Part shown: in pieces, positions 58,766 through 64,000 of the stretch
How the letters are laid out: each line of letters begins with the position of its first letter
Numbering within the stretch: the stretch's first letter is position 1
From: Spirochaetes bacterium GWE1_32_154
Lineage (GTDB): Bacteria; Spirochaetota; GWE2-31-10
Reading direction: 5' to 3'
Length of the DNA stretch: 64,000 nucleotides
NCBI GenBank assembly: GCA_001829315.1
Contig: MIAY01000010.1
Span: 20,871-84,870, forward strand
Made by a program: the position numbers and the translations under genes
The notes under the pieces: generated by a model
The model's database searches: none
Told to the model about the DNA's origin: nothing
What the model saw: the letters and a program-made list of their open reading frames with translations, nothing else

Positions 58766-59836
58766 TTAGCCCTGAAAATCATTATCAGTCGTCATCAATT
58801 GCTTAAGTAATGCAAGTTGTTCCTCTGAAAAAGGGATACCTTTTTGTTTGGATATTTTTTCTATAGTCATTTTCCCTGAATGTTTACCAAGTGTAAATTG
58901 CCTTTGACTGCCAAACAGGGCCGGTGTAAAAGGCTCATATGTGTCTGTTGACTTTAATAAACCATCAATATGAATACCGGATTCATGAGTGAATGAATTA
59001 CTTCCAACTACCGGTTTCCATGGTTGATTTTTAATTTTAGTTATTGACGATAGTAAATTTGAAAGTGATTTTAGTTTTCTCATAGTCACTGTTGTTGTTA
59101 TATCTTCAATAATATAGAGTCCTGCTATAATTTCTTCAAGTGCAGTATTTCCTGATCTTTCACCCATACCATTAATTGTTGTGTTAACATACGTTGCCCC
59201 GGCTTTTACCGCTGCAAACGCATTTGCTGTAGCCATACCGAGATCATTATGGGCATGAATTTCAATTGGTAGAGAAAATAATTCAGTTATTTGTTGTATC
59301 TTTTCATACAATGAAAACGGATCTAAAAGCCCGACTGTATCGCAATATCGAAATTTGTACACACCAAGTTTTGATATGTAGTCTATAAAATCAAACAGAT
59401 ATGACGTTTCTGCACGACCTGAATCTTCCCCGCCAACGGACACTGCCATATCACAATCCTTAGCATACTGTACAGCATCACGTATCATCGAAAGAATTTT
59501 CCCGTGATTACCATTAAACTTTGCCTTTATGTGTATATCAGAAACCGGTATTGAAATATGAACGGTTTTAATTCCTGCTTTTTTAGACATAGCAATATCA
59601 TGGATTAAAGCCCGATTCCATGACGTTATTTGAGCATTAAAACCTGCCTTGGCTATTTTCTGAACAGCGAGAAACTCATCGCCCCCCATTGATGGAATAC
59701 CTGCTTCAATTTCGTTTACTCCTATAGCATCAAGATGATAGGCAATTTTGAATTTGTCATCTATAGAAAATGCAACCCCGGCAGCCTGTTCTCCATCGCG
59801 CAATGTTGTATCATTAATCAATATTGTTTTTTGCAT
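58766..59836 (-). CDS. nifV: Homocitrate synthase
   Basis: Alpha-isopropylmalate/homocitrate synthase TIM-barrel motifs (INDTTLRDGEQ, HAHNDLGMATAN). Lies in the nif cluster. Confidence 0.8.
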   Translation of the reverse strand: MQKTILINDTTLRDGEQAAGVAFSIDDKFKIAYHLDAIGVNEIEAGIPSMGGDEFLAVQKIAKAGFNAQITSWNRALIHDIAMSKKAGIKTVHISIPVSDIHIKAKFNGNHGKILSMIRDAVQYAKDCDMAVSVGGEDSGRAETSYLFDFIDYISKLGVYKFRYCDTVGLLDPFSLYEKIQQITELFSLPIEIHAHNDLGMATANAFAAVKAGATYVNTTINGMGERSGNTALEEIIAGLYIIEDITTTVTMRKLKSLSNLLSSITKIKNQPWKPVVGSNSFTHESGIHIDGLLKSTDTYEPFTPALFGSQRQFTLGKHSGKMTIEKISKQKGIPFSEEQLALLKQLMTTDNDFQG

Positions 59837-59865
59837 ACCGGTCTCCTTTATGATAGATTGGTTAC

Positions 59866-59908
59866 TAATGACAGAAAATCAGAATGAAAGTGTAGCTTTC
59901 AATTCTGA
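59866..59908 (-). terminator. Stem-loop (tcagaattgaaag / ctttcattctga, 12-bp stem with one bulge) followed by a T-rich run, between the ferredoxin gene and nifV
   Basis: Possible intra-operon attenuator or terminator. Confidence 0.45.
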
Positions 59909-59942
59909 ATTTTTCCGTCATATCAAAAATTCTGAAAAATAA

Positions 59943-60269
59943 CTATAACACATATGTGTCTGCCGTTTTGTTGTTTTCTACAGCATCCAGTATTTCATCA
60001 ATTGCTTTTTCACTGTCAACATTTCCATACCAGACATTATCCGGTTGGACAATTAATATGGGGCCTTTGTCGCACATTTTCAGACACCCTGTGCTTGAAA
60101 ATGCTACATTTAATCCTCTATCATCAATTTCTGTTTCAAGATATTGAAGAAGATTAATAGATCCTTTTTTGTGACAAACACCTTGAGGTGCACCTGTGAC
60201 ACGATAACTTGCACAGACAAAAATATGTTTTTCCGGTTTTTCCATAAAATGCTCCTTTTTTTTAATCAT
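59943..60269 (-). CDS. Thioredoxin-like [2Fe-2S] ferredoxin (nif-associated)
   Basis: Four Cys in Trx-like Fd spacing (CASYRV, GVCHKKG, STGCLKMCDKGP). The true start may be MEKPEKH. Confidence 0.7.
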   Translation of the reverse strand: MIKKKEHFMEKPEKHIFVCASYRVTGAPQGVCHKKGSINLLQYLETEIDDRGLNVAFSSTGCLKMCDKGPILIVQPDNVWYGNVDSEKAIDEILDAVENNKTADTYVL

Positions 60270-60300
60270 ATAAATTTAGGCATTAATTCAATCAATGCTT

Positions 60301-61566
60301 TTAACCGCAACCACCACCGGTTCCAGAGCATAATGTTCCGCATCCGCTGAATTTCTTTTCCATTTTGCTTACATCTTTTCCATTGAAAATTGATGAAACT
60401 ATTTCATTGATCAATGAATCAGTCTGCATTACATACAGTCCCTGCTCTTTAAGAACCTGTACGGGTTTTTCACCTGCACCATTAACTAAAATAACTGCAC
60501 AGTCTGATAGTAATGCCGAGAGTTGTTTCCATCGTTCATCGCCAAGCCCTCTGTCAGGAGTAGTCCGCTTTTCAATCAATTCAATTTTTCCATTGTTCAG
60601 ACCGTAGATAGCGCATTGTTCAACTTCTCCAAGATGCATGTTTATCAATAATCCTTCCCGTGATGCAACGGCGATGTAAGGTCTCTCTTCTGTCAGTTCA
60701 AAAATCTTCTTTTCTTTCACCGGAACTTCGACTTTAAAATCATGAATAGTTTCATTTTCTCCCAGTAATCCTGCTGCATCTGCACGGCAACGTGTACAAT
60801 GGTGCATTATTTTTAAATACTTCCCGGCTTCAAGGGTCACATTTTTCACCTGTATTTTAGTAGGTTCTTTAAAATGACCGAATTTAGTATTTTCAACCGG
60901 AAAGTGCGGTATACAGTTCATAATATCAGCACCGAGAGCTGAAAACTCTTTTGCAATTTCAGGTATGTGACGTTCATTTACACCATCAATAACAATTGAG
61001 TTTATTTTCACAATTATTCCGCGAGATTTTAACTTGAGTGCAGATTTAATCTGTTCTTCAAGTAAAATTCCGGCAGCCTCAAGACCGCTATATACTTTTT
61101 TATCATACCGTATCCAGGAATAAATATCTGATGTAACAGCCGGGTTAATTCCATTTACAGTTATAGTAACATGGGATACTCCCAATTCTGCAAGTTCATC
61201 TATATACGGTTCAAGAGCCAGGCCGTTTGTTGCAAGACAGAGTATCATTTCAGGATATTTTTCTCTTACAAGACGTAATGTTGTCATCGTTTCAACCGGG
61301 TTTGCAAAAGGGTCTCCCGGACCGGCTATACCGACAACGCTGATATTTTTTTTGATGCTCAACAAATTATCTAAGTACGCCAATGCCTCTTCAGGTGTTA
61401 GTACACTACTGGTTACACCGGGTCTTGTTTCATTTGCACAGTCAAATTTACGGTTACAAAAATTGCATTGAACATTACATCGTGGGGCAACGGGTAAGTG
61501 TACTCTACCTGATGTATGTTTTTTGTCTTCATTAAAACAGGGATGGTTTTCAATAGTTACTTTCAT
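60301..61566 (-). CDS. nifB: FeMo-cofactor biosynthesis radical SAM protein NifB (with C-terminal NifX-like domain)
   Basis: HPCFNEDKKHTSGRVHLPVAPRCNVQCNFCNRKFDC is the canonical NifB N-terminus. CxxxCxxC radical SAM motif present. C-terminal NifX-like domain. Confidence 0.9.
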   Translation of the reverse strand: MKVTIENHPCFNEDKKHTSGRVHLPVAPRCNVQCNFCNRKFDCANETRPGVTSSVLTPEEALAYLDNLLSIKKNISVVGIAGPGDPFANPVETMTTLRLVREKYPEMILCLATNGLALEPYIDELAELGVSHVTITVNGINPAVTSDIYSWIRYDKKVYSGLEAAGILLEEQIKSALKLKSRGIIVKINSIVIDGVNERHIPEIAKEFSALGADIMNCIPHFPVENTKFGHFKEPTKIQVKNVTLEAGKYLKIMHHCTRCRADAAGLLGENETIHDFKVEVPVKEKKIFELTEERPYIAVASREGLLINMHLGEVEQCAIYGLNNGKIELIEKRTTPDRGLGDERWKQLSALLSDCAVILVNGAGEKPVQVLKEQGLYVMQTDSLINEIVSSIFNGKDVSKMEKKFSGCGTLCSGTGGGCG

Positions 61567-61577
61567 TGTAGTCCTCC

Positions 61578-62960
61578 TTACATTGCCATATATCCGACTG
61601 GTGAGTCAGATTGTTTTTTCTCAATAATCGCGTTAATTATTCTATCTAAAAGCTCCTGAGTTCCCTGATATCCTAAAACTCTCACCCGTTGACCACCAAT
61701 TCTGTCATGAATTGGAAATCCGACTCTTATGAGCGGGATGTTTAAATCGCGTGCAACTTTATATCCTTTACTATGTCCGATTAGAATATCAGCTTCTTTT
61801 TCCTGTGCGATTCTGCCAATATCCTCAAAATCTATGTTTTCAATAATAGATATATTAAGCGATTTATAATCCGGTATAACTTCATTGATTACTTTCTCAA
61901 GAAGACCTGTTTTCCTTCCCGTACCGATAACAACGGGAATCATACCAAGTTCTCGAATAAATGATGCTAATCCGAGAACAAGATCATCTTCTCCATAAAG
62001 AACTGCTTTTTTACCGAAAAGATATTTATGCCCGTCAACATAACTGTCAATTAATAAACCTCTTTCCTTTCTGTATTTTTCAGGTAATTTTGTATCAGTT
62101 ATACTTTCTAACAAACTGAAAAAATAATCAGTATTTGTAATACCAACAGGAAATCCGATACCATATGATTTGACACCGAATTTTGATTCGAGTATTTCAC
62201 CGGCACCTCCTTTTTCACTTAATATGTTACCAAACTCAATAGTTCCAATAGAGCGCCCCATTTTTTGTATATCTTCAATTTTAGTGCCACCCTCTGGCAT
62301 TCTTTTATATTCACCCCAATATTCTCCATCGAGAGTATCTGAATAATCGGGCATAATGATTGATTCAATGTTGTAGCATTCTGATAACTCTTTAAACCAT
62401 CGTATATCAGCAGGTGAAAATAAATTCATGATGAAGTTAATGGTTTTTGTTTTCTCGCCACCTTCTGCTATTGTTTCAATAAGGCTATTTATCGTTGCAT
62501 AAAATCCATCCTGATGTGTTCCTTTATAACTCGGTGTTGAAACATGAACCAGTTTTGGTATTACCAGATCTTTTCTATCATTCACGTATGACCCGAGGTA
62601 CATTGGTACATCATCACCAATTGTTTCAGAAAGACATGTTGTTGCAATTCCGATCACCGATGGTTTATATGCTTTAATAATATTATCCAATGCTATAGTA
62701 AGATTTTCCCTGCCGCCGAATATTGCCGTTTCCTCACCAAAATTGGTTGAGGCAATATCAATTGGTTCCCGGAAATGACCAATCATATATCTTCGAATAT
62801 AGGTGGAACAACCTTGTGAACCATGCAGTAATGGTATGCAGTTTTCAATTCCTTTAAAAACAAAACTTGCACCTAAAGGAGAGCATAACTTACAGGCATT
62901 TACTGTTGGATCGTTTTTTTCTTTTGCTATCATACCGAACCTCCCCGTGTGAATTTCCAT
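61578..62960 (-). CDS. nifN: Nitrogenase MoFe-cofactor biosynthesis scaffold subunit NifN
   Basis: NifD/K/E/N-family fold. N-terminal LHGSQGCSTYIRRY motif. Overlaps the nifE 3' end by 31 nt. Confidence 0.75.
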   Translation of the reverse strand: MEIHTGRFGMIAKEKNDPTVNACKLCSPLGASFVFKGIENCIPLLHGSQGCSTYIRRYMIGHFREPIDIASTNFGEETAIFGGRENLTIALDNIIKAYKPSVIGIATTCLSETIGDDVPMYLGSYVNDRKDLVIPKLVHVSTPSYKGTHQDGFYATINSLIETIAEGGEKTKTINFIMNLFSPADIRWFKELSECYNIESIIMPDYSDTLDGEYWGEYKRMPEGGTKIEDIQKMGRSIGTIEFGNILSEKGGAGEILESKFGVKSYGIGFPVGITNTDYFFSLLESITDTKLPEKYRKERGLLIDSYVDGHKYLFGKKAVLYGEDDLVLGLASFIRELGMIPVVIGTGRKTGLLEKVINEVIPDYKSLNISIIENIDFEDIGRIAQEKEADILIGHSKGYKVARDLNIPLIRVGFPIHDRIGGQRVRVLGYQGTQELLDRIINAIIEKKQSDSPVGYMAM

Positions 62961-64000
62961 ACCGGACTCATTACCGTACTATGAACTTCTCTGACAAAAT
63001 TAAGCATTCCGACAAACCCGGCTAATGCTTCTTTTCTCTCGTGATTGTGGTCGCAAAATCCGAACCCCAGTTTATAGGCAATCGGTCTTTCTTTTACCCC
63101 GCCGATGAGTAAGTCTATTTCTTTTTCAATGGCATATTTTGATAATTCCGCAGGGTTTGAATCATCAAGTATAATCGCACCGTCTTCACAGACTTCGGAA
63201 AGATTTTTATAATCCTCTTCTGTTCCTGTTTGAGAACCGGCAATCAATGTTCTCATGCCGATTAGATTTAATGCTTTAATTAGTGAAAATGCTTTAAATG
63301 CACCTCCAACATAGATTGCAGCCTTCTTTCCAGAAAGATCTTTTCTATATTCCAGTATTTTGGGATAAATACGGTCAATTTCTTCAAAAACCATTGCTTT
63401 CGTTTTATCCATAATTTCAACTGAATTAAAATGTTCAGCAACATCATAAAGAGCTTTTGAAACATCCTCTATGCCGAAGTAGGAGACTTTTATATAGGGT
63501 ATGCCATATTTTTCCTCCATCATTTTTGCCAGTGATGTCATTGAACCCGAGCATTGCACGACATTGAGTTTCGCTCCATGTGCTTTTCGTATATCACTAA
63601 CCGTTGCATCCCCGGTAATTGTTGAAACGACTTCAACACCCATTTTTTTATAGTAATCCCTGATAATCCATGCTTCACCGGCTAAATTAAACTCACCGAG
63701 GATATTGATACTGTATGTGCCGATTGCGCTTGTATCTCCTGTCCCCACTAATTTAAAGAGTGCTTCACAAGCAGCTCTGTATCCGTCTTTTTTTGAGCCT
63801 TTAAACCCTTCGGAATGAACAGGGATTACCGGAATACCTTTTTCCTGTTCAACTCTTTTGCAAACACTGTCAACATCATCACCAATTATTCCAATGATAC
63901 AGGTTGAATATACAAATGAGGCTGCCGGTTTGTGTTTATCTATTAAACTGATCAGAATATTGTATAGTTTCTTTTCACCGCCATATATAACATCATGTTC
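62930..64000 (-). CDS. nifE: Nitrogenase MoFe-cofactor biosynthesis scaffold subunit NifE (3' part; gene continues beyond the window edge)
   Basis: The reading frame stays open to position 64000. Motifs IGDDVDSVCKRV and GFKGSKKDGYRAACEALF are typical of NifE/NifD-like proteins. Confidence 0.8.
   Translation of the reverse strand, partial: EHDVIYGGEKKLYNILISLIDKHKPAASFVYSTCIIGIIGDDVDSVCKRVEQEKGIPVIPVHSEGFKGSKKDGYRAACEALFKLVGTGDTSAIGTYSINILGEFNLAGEAWIIRDYYKKMGVEVVSTITGDATVSDIRKAHGAKLNVVQCSGSMTSLAKMMEEKYGIPYIKVSYFGIEDVSKALYDVAEHFNSVEIMDKTKAMVFEEIDRIYPKILEYRKDLSGKKAAIYVGGAFKAFSLIKALNLIGMRTLIAGSQTGTEEDYKNLSEVCEDGAIILDDSNPAELSKYAIEKEIDLLIGGVKERPIAYKLGFGFCDHNHERKEALAGFVGMLNFVREVHSTVMSPVWKFTRGGSV

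Noticed and set aside
1-64000. CRISPR arrays, tRNA or rRNA genes, IS elements, transposases, integrases and toxin-antitoxin pairs.
   Set aside because: There are no regularly spaced direct repeats. No tRNA-like T-arm (GTTCGAATC-type) motifs were seen. No ORF carries DDE, tyrosine or serine recombinase signatures. The only repeats are the ~55-bp palindromic family and the 110-bp duplication reported above.

Overview
This is a 64-kb chromosomal window from a low-GC (about 30%), apparently anaerobic bacterium. Gene content is spirochete-like in flavour, with many class III adenylate cyclases, sigma-54 activators, CheR/PAS signalling, SpoIIE-type phosphatases and Listeria-Bacteroides-repeat lipoproteins, but the taxon cannot be assigned from sequence alone. 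No rRNA, tRNA, CRISPR array, transposase or integrase was seen. Main blocks, in order: (i) two sensor adenylate cyclases flanking ctpA, purN and a PC4-like gene; (ii) a 5'-nucleotidase and hflKC; (iii) a signalling stretch with CheR, a PAS histidine kinase and CsbD, containing a duplicated ~110-bp upstream segment and a compositionally foreign DUF2786 gene; (iv) a textbook anaerobe oxygen-detoxification cluster: flavodiiron protein, hemerythrin, two rubredoxins, rubrerythrin, ferritin, desulfoferrodoxin and PerR; (v) a 1432-aa BadF/BcrAD-HgdB 'activase' fusion, mgtE, a soluble PBP-HK-REC hybrid kinase, a split chrA pair and a HAMP-PP2C phosphatase; (vi) an operon of three giant, higher-GC surface lipoproteins of 725, 868 and about 1120 aa; (vii) a compositionally distinct cassette with a 7TM-LuxR regulator, a B12-binding radical SAM enzyme, a GT2 glycosyltransferase and an RHH protein, next to an 1180-aa orphan enzyme; (viii) a pseudo-receiver protein, two sigma-54 activators (one NifA-like with a recognisable -24/-12 promoter) and the 3' half of a nif cluster (nifE partial, nifN, nifB, Trx-like 2Fe ferredoxin, nifV, nifX-like, Nif11). 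The strongest non-genic signal is a dispersed ~55-bp palindromic intergenic repeat family with four full and at least five partial copies. The best candidates for something undescribed are the 45.2-49.4 kb cassette, the 1180-aa protein and the repeat family. All functional calls come from motif and domain recognition by eye and need HMM or BLAST confirmation.
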